A stretch of 64,000 nucleotides of DNA from Paragordius varius (GCA_964247055.1 OZ176053.1:9858001-9922000), one strand, 5' to 3'; numbered from the stretch's first letter, positions 40,001 to 53,150 are shown. Notes: generated by a model not told the origin, from the letters alone. Made by a program: numbers and translations.

Positions 40001-42346
40001 AAAAACACCTGTTCAACTCGACACAATTTATCAACGTTGCCTTGGTAAGCTCTCATACAATCTTCAGCAAGGTGTAAATGGGTGGCATATTTACTCAATT
40101 CTTTTTGATATTGAGGCATTCGTTTAAGCATTTGAGTCAGGTCTCGCATAGTAGCCTTTTCCCCACCGCTTAAACCTAGGTAGTAAAAATTATAATTTTA
40201 AAAACTAACTTATTTTTTATACCATGGTGTTTTTTCAATAACTTAAATTTTTGGGTTGCAAATAACAAATGTAAATTAATTATAACACACACTTGTATTA
40301 ATAATTACAATTATAAAGACAAACTATAAAGTTTTCATAAAGATAACCATAAAAACCCTAATCCACTATTTTGCGTTGCAAAACAAGCAGAATGTCAAGT
40401 GATAATACGCTCACTCATCTGTCAAAATATTATCATTTAGGTTTATTATAAAGTAAAATGTAGGGTTGCCTTTGTAGAAAAATTTTTCAGTTATATTTTG
40501 TCTTTAGATTTTGATTTTAACTGCAAAATAAATGAAATAATATATTTTTATTAATAAAATCTATTTAAAAGTAATTTTAACTTGATTTTCCTGTTTTATA
40601 ACCGTTCTACTTACAATTTATAACTTTATTACGTAACCCAAAACAATAGTTGATATTGAAGAAACTCATGGTTTAAAAATATGACTCTTTTTTTAAAAAT
40701 TAGTTTCTATTAAAGTGTGTAATCAATAATTTTAATTTCTTACCTGTTTATAAAGATAAATTGATTTGGAGAAAATGTAATATAAAATTAACTTCCGGAA
40801 GATGTTTTCAGTCTTTTAGTTTCGGCAAATCGTTTAAGTTGCTTCGTCACAGCTCTAAAAATTTAAAATATATTAAGTACAGTGAAATAGGAAGACATAT
40901 TGGTCGTAATAAAAAATCAAAATCCTATTTTTAATTAAAATGGTCAACTTAATAAGCGCTTCTTTTTTACAAACAACCATATCATCCATATTGCTTTCTA
41001 TATAGCCGATATGAATACGACTGCGAAATCAACAGTAGAGTTGGAAATTAATTAATTATTATTATAACTTTCGCGTGCTTTCCCAAAAATAGTTGCTTCG
41101 ATAGCAAAAAATTTTAATCATATATTCCCATCGGCTCGGAAAAACTTATTTTATGCATTATTTTATTACACATAATAACATTAAAGTCATGATTCGAGGA
41201 ATTGTATTATATTAAATGCAGAACAAAATCATTATAACCTGGAGGAAAGGGAAAATGATTGAGAGTGCTATCGAAGTAACTAATATCCAATTTTGTAGAA
41301 TTGATCCCATACAATCCGAGATGGTCATTATCAATAGAAACGGATGCTTCAATGAAAAGTTTAGGGACCATTTTGTTCCATGTAACAGATCAAGGCAAAC
41401 GATCTATTTGTTACGCACCCAGAAAATGTTAAAATTTAGAAAAAGATTACTCTACCATTGAAAGGGAGGCAAAAGCGAAAGGAAAAACCCCTGATCGCGA
41501 GGAGAAATGATATATTATATTTGTGCATCATTTTATTATACATGTTAACGATGGAAATAAAATTTAGCGAAAACACGTATATCAATTAAAGAAGTCGGTT
41601 GAAATTCTGGATTATATTCATACTGGGCACCCGGGGATAAGTACTATGAAATTCCTTGCGCGCCACACTGTATATTGGCCGAATTCGAACCAAAGTATAG
41701 AATTATTTGCGAAAACGTGTGACGCATGTCAAAAGTATAAGCCCAATGTCCAGGAAAAAGCTACGTACGAATGGAATTTCATTACCGACATTCGGGAAAG
41801 GATTCATATTGATATAGCTGGTTGATGGGTTTTACTTATTGAATAGCAATTCATAGTGCCACAAAAGCAACACCGTGTTCATTATTCTTAAAAAAGGAGA
41901 TTTTTAGTCTTTTATCATAGTGAAAAACAATACCATCAGATTTTACAGATGATGGTACTAAAACCTATTTTAATTGAAAATGAAACATCAGTGGGATGGA
42001 GGAAAGGGAAAGTGATTGAGAGAAAAGGATTTTTGATTTTTATCCTACCAGACAGATTATGGAATTTAAAATTCAGGAAAAACACGCAGATCAATTAAAG
42101 AAGTCGGTTGAGACAATAAAACTTGACACTGATTTGCTAGAGGAAATTACAGATGCAATGGATGCAGTTTGTAAACCGAATATCACCCCTGAAAGACAGG
42201 AAAGATGCTATCCTCTCTAAAAATAAAAAGCCCCCATTCGATTTTTTAAAGCGAAGACAAATGACATATTATATTATTTGTGCATCATTTTATTATAAAA
42301 AGATTTTACAAGTGAGTCATGATTTGAGGAATTGTTATATATATAT

Positions 42347-42378
<32 letters not shown>

Positions 42379-45300
42379 ATACCGTATGTCATGATTCAAG
42401 AAATTATATTAGCCTGCACTACAATATTATTATAATTACATCTGTGTTGCCATAATAATAATTCACATAAAGAACATGAACAAATGCCCGGCTTGGGAAA
42501 AAACTTGGGGGAATTTGCATTTGCCTGATTATTGTACAATATAATTTATCCAAAGATTCCCATATAATTCCGACATTTGATTCACTATTGGGTGAAATCG
42601 GAAATGGACTTTCATTCTCAATTTTAGATCTCAAGGATGCGTACTTACAGCTACCTGTTGATAAGGTAAGCTCTAAACAAAATTCCATTCTTTTATATAT
42701 GGGAGATCATTCAATATTTTATCGGATCACAAACCTTGGAATCAATTTTTTGAGAAAATAGAAATTTAAACGGAGTGACCAATATAAAATTATTATTAGC
42801 GACGAGTAAAATTATTCACTGCTCAATGGAACATTCCAAAGTCACATTGTATAATGCACATGAGGAAATTCGCATTCGCGTGGATTATCGTGTTACAATC
42901 CATTATTTTAATTCTTATAAAAAAGTTTTTTGCATTTGTCCTTATATACAATTAATTAAACTTTTTAATATTTAGAGCTTGTAATTATCATTTTTGTTGT
43001 ATTATATAATTTTTTAAAAAAAATACATTTTTTTCAGGAGACAGTAAAATTAATATATATGACATACTGAGAAACAATAGCTATATGTTGGTGTCTCAAT
43101 TGCGACCATAAATCATCAGATTCATCCAAGATGACTTCCTTTTCCTTCAATGTATCAGGGGATGTTCCGGTTTCATATCTGATAAAAAAATTAATTTATA
43201 ATGACCAAGTAAAAACATTTAATTTATAAGGACATTTGTAAAGAGCAATATTTTTTAAACCTTACTTTTTTTTTATACAAGCTATTTTGGAATGGGAATA
43301 AAAAATAGCGATGTAAATTGGTAGCACTTCAACAATAACTTTTCATATGGCAATCAATAAGTTATGTGGAAAAAACAAGGATAACAGATTATTATAAAAT
43401 ATATCAATAAATTATTTTTCATACATCTTTTTAATTAAACTTAACATCTTTTAATCGATAAATTAATAAATAAATACTTAATGTCAGAAAATAAGAATAA
43501 TTTTTAATAATTTTGTTCATAAAATTTTCTTACTTATAAACATCATTGTTTATATCCAACAAATCATAAGCCATGGCTTGAAACGTTAATTCGTGTAACA
43601 AAGGGCTTATGGGATCAAAACCACGATCAATCACCAACATTATGGATCTGGGAAGCAAAAAAAACTTTTAAAATAACTTTATAACTTAATATATTTCAAA
43701 ATAAAAGCATTCTCATATTTATGGTATACCATTTACGCCAAATTCACCCTTAAACAATTCAACACCCTAAAATAAATTATGTATTTTTTAAAATTGAAAA
43801 TTAACTTTATTTTATAATATTTTTAAAAAATGAAATTCTGTTTATAATTAATAAATGCTGAACACATAATTTATTTTTAGGGGGAATTGAATTAATCAAG
43901 GGTGTTTGAATTGCAAATAATATATAAAAACCATTCTTAGGTAAAATTTTAATTGCGTTTATTAGATACCACTAGTTTTTTAATACTGAAAATAAAATAG
44001 AAGAAATAATACAATTGAGTGATATCAAGAATATTTTATGACAAAATGCGTGCATATAAATGAAAATAAAAAATTATATTGAAAAAATTATTTTGTAATT
44101 TTAATCGTAAGCATTACAAATATTTTGAAATTGTAAACTTAAAATAAATATCTTAAAAATTGAAAATAAACACCTTTTTATGGGAGATATCGCATATTAA
44201 TTTGGTGTTTGTTAGAATTATTGGCAGGACATTTAAAATTAGGTGCTAATTAGCTATAAAATAAACGGCAATTTTATAAATCTTAAGATTGTTAATAGGG
44301 AAATGTTTGTGAGCAAGTATGAATTTATTATATATGGCATAATTATAGCAGGAAATTTTTTTATCCCTGTTCAACACATTCATTCAGTTTTTTCCCCTCT
44401 AAACCATTTTAAACAACCGAACAATTAGAAATATGGCTGTTTACTCTAAAAATCAATCAGTAATATGATTTTTCAAAGGTAATATATAACAAACCTTGAT
44501 TTGTCAGGACCTTCGCCCATGGTGGGATCATCAGCTTTGTAAGCATCAAGCTTTTGTTGAATAAGTTGCACCAATTCAATATTCTTATCAAAACCGCTAT
44601 ATATTAGGTGTTTGGTTTTGTTAAAAAAGGTATTGAACTAGTACCTACTTAAAAGTTTTATAAAATGATAATAATAACAGAACAACAAAATACAATTCAT
44701 GCTTTTATTAAACAAACTCATAATGTAAAATTATAAAATATTTGGAGATTGGGATTTGAAAAAATACTAGAAGCTTATTCAAATATAGCATTAAAATATA
44801 CCAAAAATAGAATTATAAGACAAAGGTAATTATCGGATAAATATAAATATCAAAAGCCTAACATATAATTATTATGAAAGAAGATAAAAATAAAATATAT
44901 ATTCAACATAAATCAATATTTAATTATTATAAAATTATAATAGTTAAAATATTAAAATGTATATGTCACCTTCGGTAACGTATCATAGGATACTCCCCTA
45001 AAGTAGAACAAAGAGTGGCAATTTGTTCGGAAACTCTTTCAAGAACTGTAAGACGTCCAGTAAGTCTTTGCGGGCTATAAAAGTACTGAAACGCTTCACG
45101 GCAATCTAAACTGTAAACCTACATAAATTTGAAATGAAAAACCTTTAAAAAATGTTATAAAAAAGTATACAAGAGTTTTATTAATTTTTTTTATGTTAGG
45201 CTCTGTTTTCAGATGATATAGCCACACAAAGCTCCCTTTAAACATTTTTCTGCGAATATAAAAGCACACCAAATCAAAGATATTTAAAATTCAAAAACCA

Positions 45301-47411
45301 AAAAATTTACATTTTAGCCAAAATTTATTGTAATACAATTAAAATAGTAAGTACCTGTGCTTCATAAGGCAAGAAAGCAATATTAATTTCTTTCAATGTT
45401 TTTATCATTTTATTTATTCCACTTTTGCAAAGGGTGTTAAACAATTCATCTGGGCATGCTAAAATTTATATGTTTTAACAGCTTAAAATTTATAATAACT
45501 AAATAATACATGAATAAACTGCAAAAATTACAAAAAGCATGCATATTTATTATCCATTACTTTCTATGAAATAAACATGGGCACATTTATACATGCATTT
45601 GGGAGGGTAAGTACCAGGCCTAAAATCATGCACTAAGCCTTCAACACTCTATAAAAATATAGATAATTCAATGTTACTTGAGAGGTAGACAAATTAGAGT
45701 TTTGGTATTTAATATGAAAAAAATATTTGAAGATTAGTAACCTATACTATACAATACAAGTCGACGACATAAAAAAAACAGGCAACATACATACTTACAT
45801 GCATATACAGTACTCACTTTATTGTTGGCATGTATACAGTAGCGTATTATATAAAAGAAAAATTTGTCCCTAATTAAATATGCTATTTTAGGGTTGTAAA
45901 ATAGGACAAAAATGTTATAATTTCACACATTTATTGTGTTTTTCAAAAATAATTTTAATTGGCCAACAATGAAGTGAGTGTTGAACTATGAATATTCACG
46001 AAACGAATTATATCAGAAAAGCAAAGTATTAAAATTAGTAAAATCAAACAGTTAATTTTCATGCACAAGTCGTCGAATATATTACCCTCGGTAAAATAAA
46101 CGTGAGCCGCTTTGTACATGAAATGTAGTGGGTTTTCAAAATCTCTAATAAGCGTTGAAATTGACTAAAATGTTTAAAAAAAATTAACAATTAGTTATAA
46201 TATTGTTTTAATTAGATTTTCAATATAACTAAAGGGCGGTATTATTATTATAATTATTATTATTATCTGATGAAAAACTGTCGTTCGAAAAAAAAGATAG
46301 AGTTTTCATATGAAATCGTAGAACTAAAAAAATGCGTTACAAGAAAAAGCTTAATTAAACACTTATATTTCAAAAAGTTGTACCACACAATGTATTTTAA
46401 AAGTAAATATGGATAAATTTTTATGGTATGAGAGGTAAAAATGAAAATAATCACGATTATGTCAATTAAGAAAAAAATAATATTAATAACCTAAGAACAA
46501 TATATATTTATGAATTTATAATATATCAAGACTGTTAATATTACATAATGTTATAAGATAATGAAAAAATAGTTAAAAGATACCAAAAAATGTGGAATAT
46601 TAAAAATGGGAGAGATTTGGGTTTTTTATTTTTTTCAATCCGAAAGTTTACCATTTATAACAAACTAATTCCATTCAAATTGTTTCTAATTGAGGCATTT
46701 ATGTTTGTGATAAATAAAATTTTTTATATATTTGAAAATAATCAATATACCCTTTCCGTCGGTGTTATGAGATATATAGCTTCCAACATTGGAATTGGTT
46801 CTCGTTGTTTATCAATGCTCTCGACAACTAAATGAATTAAAATGTAAACATACATAAAGGATGAATGAAATTTAACGTAGTAGTACTAAAATCATAGCTC
46901 TTTCAATTCCAAAAAAATACATATGAAAGTTTTTTAAAAAAAAATAATTTCATTTCGTAACATCATACAAAAACACCATGTATTTAATTGGGTTAAGTAA
47001 CTCTTAAAAACGACTGGAATAAAAGATAAAAAAATTTGTTAAAAATGTTGTGTTAGAGATATTTTAAAAAAGTTATTATGTTAGTATAGCTTGTAGAATA
47101 TATAAGATAATAATCATTTTCGATTAAATATAAAGTGTTATAAGTTATATAATCAAAAACCTGTTATCCCTTCTTCTGATATATCTTGCATTTTACAGCA
47201 TGCGGATAACATTCGCATAGAAAGATGATCAACAACTAAAACTTTCCATTCTCCTGGCTTGTGCTGAGCCCGAATAACATCATTCATAATTTCTAAATAC
47301 GTTTATTTGTATCATATCACCATATAAACTAAATATAAAATTTTTAAAATATTTTTATCATAGTTACAAAACTAAATAAATACTTTGTCCAACTATAGTT
47401 TTAAGAGACAT
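37066..47411 (-). CDS. STXBP1: Sec1/Munc18-family syntaxin-binding protein (unc-18/Rop/Munc18-1-like), 17 exons, ~601 aa
   Basis: Exons 47411-47384, 47292-47161, 46827-46751, 45648-45561, 45458-45355, 45118-44970, 44596-44495, 43647-43534, 43178-43068, 40854-40793, 40175-40009, 39551-39413, 39138-39029, 38598-38494, 38298-38210, 37912-37746, 37127-37066 (1806 nt, phases consistent). Motifs: [106 protein letters not shown]. Confidence 0.96.
41150..42720 (+). mobile_element. Fragmented Ty3/gypsy LTR-retrotransposon remnants in a Munc18 intron
   Basis: Integrase H2C2 domain [21 protein letters not shown]...CDACQ and ERIHIDIAG (41610-41825); RT motif [16 protein letters not shown] (~42612-42665); gag-knuckle-like KCPAW (~42482); duplicated integrase C-terminus (WRKGK.IE, DQLKK) each followed by a purine tract and TGA.ATATTATATT.TGTGCATCATTTTATT (LTR-like start). 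Confidence 0.8.
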
Positions 47412-47529
47412 TTATGTTGCCTTATCGATTGGTCCCAATATAAAAGTAAGCAGTTGATTTACATGAATGAAAAACAATTCATATTAGATTTAGAATAACA
47501 CGGTAATAAATGTACAGATATGCATCTTT

Positions 47530-47660
47530 TTATTTTTTAATGGGTATTATTTGTTAGAGAATCAAACAAACAATATCTAATATCATGTTCATTTAAAAAG
47601 CAAAATACCATAGAGCTCTTGTTTATACTAATAACATATATCTATATCCATTAAACAAAA
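47530..47660. mobile_element. Miniature hairpin element made of two arms of the TIR of the 49450-51480 transposon
   Basis: TTTTTTAATGGGTATTATTTG...TATCATGTTCATTTAAAAAGCAAAA joined directly to TACCATAGAGCTCTTGTTT...CCATTAAA, the reverse complement of 49450-49515. Confidence 0.6.
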
Positions 47661-48249
47661 AATAAATTTTGGATAATAAGAATACACTACATGTTGACAG
47701 ATTTACAAATAAAATCTAAAAATTATATTTAATTTATATATTGCGCAATGTAAAGAAACGGAAATAAAATCTAAAAATATTAATTAACATATATAAAAAT
47801 GGACTTTCACCGTAGTAAAGGATAATACTTACAAAATTTAAAATAGATATTCGCTATTTAGTAAAATATTATACATGTTAACAGCTAAATTATTTATGTA
47901 ATGAGTATATTTGCGCTCCAACTATTAAATTTTGGCTTATTTACGATTCATCTACAAAACGCAAAAGTCCCGTGCGTGATAACCATTTTCAATAGTCCTA
48001 GATTAGAATATCACATAATAATAAAATGCATTTTAATAATAACATATTTTTCTTCATAAATTTATAAAATAGTAATTAACAAAACTCTCAATGGTAGGTA
48101 GAGATCTTGATTTTCATTAATTCTGCTGCAAATTGCTTCCCCAATTTTGCATACCATTGATTACAATGTTTAACACATCGATTGGGTATCTAAACAATAT
48201 TTAGGTTGGTATTTTTAAATAACTACCAGAAACGTCTCCAATATGAATT

Positions 48250-48410
48250 TATGGTTCTACCATGATAAAAATTATATATATGTATAAGCCAAAATATCTG
48301 AATAAAATTTAGTTTTGGAAAAAAGTTCCTTATCAAACTACTTCGACGCCATTTTATTTCACAACATTTTTGCAAAATATCGTCATTGATTCTAAGGCTA
48401 AAATTAAATT
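48250..48410 (-). mobile_element. Internal fragment of piggyBac-like MITE family A
   Basis: TATCAAACTACTTCGACGCCATTTTATT...TTTTGCAAAATATCGTC is the reverse complement of 10115-10170 and 52920-52975. Confidence 0.7.
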
Positions 48411-48426
48411 GCAATCATGTACGCTT

Positions 48427-49429
48427 TAGGTGAGGTGATAAAAAAATTTTTTGGCTTGACTTGCAAGTTTTTCAGTTATGGCTTGCTTTCATCTGATAAA
48501 AAAATTTAACATTAGGCGACTTAAGTCAAGCAAGAAAACTTGATTCGGAAGTGATAAAAAATCATATGATCACGTAAAACATATAAATTCTGCAAGTGCG
48601 GTGTAGGGCACACTTGACAGATTTTAAAATATGAATAAAATTATTTTGGAAACTGTTTATATACGTAATTTAGGTTTTATATGTAAAAACTTTCTTAAAT
48701 GTTATAAATTGTTTTTTGATAATTTTTCGCTAATTAACCTTTTTAGAAAAGCTCTGATATATGTAAGAACATGGTATATAAAAATATGCAAAATATATCA
48801 ATTCTATGAACCCGCAAAAAAATTTGATTCTCGAAATTTTCTTAAAATTAATAATTAAATATTATTCTTGTTAATTTCAAATATTCGTTTAATAAACGCA
48901 AAAGGTTACTTTACTATTAACTACTAAAAAGAATTTATTTCATAAATTTATTTCGAATGTATTGATAATAATCAATTAAAAATAATAATATGTTATATTA
49001 AACATCTTCCCATTATTTGCAAATGGACTCCAAACAATATAAATAGTGTGGTAAAATAAAAGATTGTTTTAAGGGCGAATGGTTTCACCAACTTAAAAGT
49101 TGTAACCTGGCTCAATATTTAGAAAAATCTATAATATATATTAAATAAAATACGTGCCAGTGAGCTTAAAAAACTTCAATAATGCATATATTAGTGATTG
49201 TTTATCTTTTTGGCATTATTTCATAAATTTTGGATGAAAATGATAAAAATAATTTCCGTAAAATTCAAATTGAATGGATAAAAAATGTTACAATCCTAAG
49301 CAAAAGACTTGACTTAAGTGTTTTTTAACACCGATCTTCAAGTGTACACTTGCTGGCTTAAATAAACTTGCTCAACTTGCCACGCTTGACTTACAAGTCA
49401 AGTGCGACTTTTTTATCACCCCACCCCTT
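48427..49429. mobile_element. ~1-kb non-autonomous TIR element (hAT-like)
   Basis: Left AGGTGAGGTGATAAAAAA..CTTGACTTGCAAG vs right (reverse complement) AGGGGTGGGGTGATAAAAAA..CTTGACTTGTAAG; several subterminal CTTGACTT/AAGTCAAG motifs at both ends; no ORF. Superfamily assignment tentative. Confidence 0.6.
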
Positions 49430-49449
49430 ATTTCATCAAAAATTTATTT

Positions 49450-51480
49450 TTTTTTTCTTTAAATGGGTATAAATATTTGGTAAAGAATGGAAAAACAAGA
49501 GCTCTATGGTATTAATTATATCATATTCATCAAAAAAGCAAAAGAAGTGTGGGGAAAGGGCGTCGGAAATCTTTGGTAAACAATGAAAATTCACTAACAA
49601 CCAACCTTTCACTTAAAATTATTGTATAAAAGGGTAAATATCGCAATTTTGTCTCAATTATAATTTTTTTGTTTAGATTTAGATGGAACAATTTTAAAAG
49701 GGATATTCACGATAGATGCTATATTAAATAATCAATTTGATCCGATTTCGTTAGGATGTAACTTTGGTATTGCGGGTATTTTTTTATAATGTTAAAATAT
49801 GTTGACGCTGGTATAAGACAGACATGTGCCTGCCAACGATGGTTTTTTTCATTTAGACTTGTTAATGAAATCGACGGGAATGAAAATATGACAAATTCGT
49901 TAAACGGTAGAGAAAAAGGAAAAAGTACCATTTTTGATATTTTTAGAATATCATTTTTGGCCAGATGAAAAAAGGCTAAGACCTACAAAATTTTCGGGAA
50001 TTCCTGAAATCATGAATTGTCTCGTCATTTTGTAGATGATTTGGACATGTCTATAAGTTGGATAAATGCTATGAGACGAATCATGACTATGGGAATGGAG
50101 AAAGACTCATTGAAAAAAAGTAGTGCAATGAAGTTAGGCAATTGTGAGTTGACTGTCGATGAGATTCTTAATAAATTACCAGAAGCAAAATATCTAAAGT
50201 AACTTTATATATATTTAAAATAATAAACTACACGCGCAAAATGTGTATTATTTAAACCTCAACAGCGCAATTCCTCGCTGATTATTCAGAAGCGATTTGA
50301 GCATTGACTGTCTTGTGAACGGTATACCCTTGGACAAAATCTATTATTTAGATGAGTCAGGGTTTTCATTATTAGCAAAAAATATATTCGGTCGGACACC
50401 GTCAGGACAGGCACCTATCGTAAAAGGCTTTAATAAAGGTAAATCATTATTTTATTATAGGTGAAAACATCTCTTTGTTGTGTATGATTGGCATACAGGG
50501 TGTTGAGTGTTCAATGGCGAGACTTTAAAGCCATTTTTGAAGGAGTCTTTGATCATGTTACCACAAGATGCGTGTGTCATTTGCGACAACGCACCCATTT
50601 ATAAATGTTCTATGGGTAATTTAAGAATCAAGCTTATATATTTACCACCTTATTCGCCCCAACTTAATCCTATTGAATGTTTTTGTCACGAATTCAAATT
50701 TTTTTATGAAAAAACCAAGATGCACTACATTCTGGGAGCAATATTGCAGAATCAAAAGATTGTGTGACGAAAGAAAAACAAAATCTCTTCAAAATTATTA
50801 TAACTTTTCAACAAGATTTTAATTGATATTGCTTTAAAAAACTAAGGTTGGAGAATGAAAACAATTTTAACCATCGACGATTTCGTTTTTCTTTGATCGC
50901 ACATTACGATATGAAAATAATTTCCAGATATATCTTGCTATTATTTAAGCAATTATCAGAGAAAATAACATTCAATAGGGTTAAATAGTAGTACACTGAT
51001 ATATTCATATGATTTTATGTCAAATTTCCCAAAATAGAGCATTTTAAGATGAAACGCATTCAGTTCGATAATATTGTTTCACACTATATAATCAATAACG
51101 TTCCCTATGTTTTCTCTTATTATGTAATATTACATCCTAATATTATGTCCGTTATGTTTGTTTTATTCATTGTGGTATTATATTAAATTATAGTAAATAT
51201 TTTTTACCTATATATAAAAACTAATAATTACGTGGTTAATTTTTGTTTAAAATAAAAATTTTATCTGAAAAAATATAATATAAAATTTTACTATAAAATT
51301 AACAAAAATATTATCGTTCCCCTTTAACAATATTTTAAGATTTTCATTTTTCAACCAAAGATTTCCGACGCCCTACTCCCAGACTTCTTTTACTATTTTT
51401 ACTGAATTGATATGGCTAATACCATATAGTTCTTATTTTTCCATCCTTTACCAAATATTACCCATTTAATGAAAAAAAGT
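49450..51480 (+). mobile_element. Decayed IS630/Tc1-like DNA transposon with ~140-bp TIRs
   Basis: TIRs ~49450-49590 and ~51340-51480 (shared AAATGGGT, GGTAAAG.ATGGAAAAA, AGGGCGTCGGAAATCTTTGG). Transposase fragments: KIYYLDESGF, GENISLLCMIG, VICDNAPIY, IYLPPYSPQLNPIE (DDE triad); frameshifted. Confidence 0.85.
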
Positions 51481-51604
51481 AAAATTTTATAAAATAAAGT
51501 CATTACTGTAAAATCACATTAAACATTATTATAAACAGAATGTGGTATATTTCACAGTATTTTTATATTTAGTTTATGCATACATGTTATGTTGGTTAAA
51601 TGAT

Positions 51605-51877
51605 CTCTGGGTTTTTCTGAATAAGTAATATCGAGCATTTTTGAATAAATATTTTTTATATTTTGGTTCACTAATGTCTAAGTGCAAACTTTCGCCATGG
51701 TTTTAATTCATTCCATATTTTTTAAAATATTTAATTATAAACAGGCCTGGGGTTTTCAAAAACCCCAATATAACTTTAAAGACTAAATGTGTATCCAAGT
51801 GTTAAACAAGCCTGGGTTACCAACTACCCCAATTTGAATCAAAGGATTAAAATGAATGTGTTGTATCGAAGTGTTAA
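51605..51877 (-). mobile_element. Partial piggyBac-like MITE family A with tandemly duplicated left end
   Basis: Reverse complement reads TTAACACTTCGATACAACACATTCATTTTAATCCTTTGATTCAAATTGGGGTAGTTGG...CAGGCTTG, then TTAACACTTGGATAC...CCCCAGGCCTGT again. Confidence 0.75.
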
Positions 51878-52591
51878 GTAAAAATTTTTTATAAGTGCTA
51901 GATCATGAATATCGCAAGAGTTTTTAGCTAAAATATACACACATTTATGTTTCTCTGATGAAATGTATGCACTGGTAATAAAGCAGTGTGATTTAATGGA
52001 ATATATAAAAAACCTGAATTTAACAATAAAATTGAATTAATTAAAGCCGTCAAGATTGAGAGATATAATTGGGGGTGCGCTGACCAAGTCATGACCCGGT
52101 CAATTGACCAAAAGCACTTTGCAGAATATGCAATTAATCCATATACGTGAACCAATAAAATGAAAAAACTTGTATAATTGGATATTTAAATGATGAAAAA
52201 ATTTATTTGACTTATCCATAAAAGCTGTGTAGAAGATTCAAAAGGCCACAAACATGTGGCAAAATTTATTTAAAAACAAAATTCTTGATTAAATTTGATT
52301 GAAAATATTTGTAAATAATAAATACTAAAAAAACGTATAACACAAGTTTTAAGAAAAAACTGACATTATTATTGAAGCGCAAGTGTCGTTCGAACATTAT
52401 CACAATCAATGATATTTACTTAAGTAAAACGTGGTCATGTCTACGGTCATGACCATGGTCTGACTGGGTCTGACCGGACTTTTTTGAAAAAGCAGTCAAA
52501 TGCACAACCCTAGATATAATATATAGGTGCATGCTTATTATTTCCTTAAAAAAATGAAATATTTTTGTTTACCAGATTTATATTGTGCATA

Positions 52592-53150
52592 TTAACACCT
52601 AGATACAACACACTCATTTTAGTCCTTCGATTCAAATTGGGGTTATTAAATACCCCAGGCCTGTTTAAAATCATCGAAACCATGGCAAAATTTTGCACTT
52701 GTATAACATTAAAAAACTGAAATATATAAAAAATTTTATTCAAAAATACTTGATATTACTATTTTAAGCTAAAACCTAAAGTTTAAAATTTAGCCAACGT
52801 GACATGTGTCAAATTGTAAAATTAAAAAATAATACAATAAAATCCGCCTTTTCTATTTCTATCAAAATGTAATTTATATAAAAAATTAGCTTTAATTTTA
52901 CCCTCAATATATATAATGAAAACGATATATTAAGATTTTGTAAAATAAAAATGGCGTCGAAGTAGTTTGATATGAAACTTTTTTTTTCAAAACAAAATTT
53001 TATTTAGATATTTTGGCATATTTCTATAATTTATATTAGAATAAAAGCATGAATTTAAATTGGGACCGTTTCCTTCAGTAGTTTTTATAAAATCCTAACT
53101 CAAATTTAGTCTGGGGTATTTAGATACCCCAATTTGAATCGAAGTGTTAA
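52592..53150 (+). mobile_element. Full-length piggyBac-like MITE family A
   Basis: TTAA at 52592-52595 and 53147-53150; colinear with 9763-10345 along its whole length. Confidence 0.85.

Noticed and set aside
39643-40149. 168-aa ORF beginning with Munc18 sequence
   Set aside because: Only 40175-40009 is exon; the rest is read-through past the CAG|gtgttt donor into an intron.
43720-43915. Apparent 37-nt extra Munc18 exon (ag|GGTGTTGAATTG...AATG|gt)
   Set aside because: It would frameshift a model that is already complete, and the segment is one arm of a small inverted repeat (43741-43768 vs 43879-43912).
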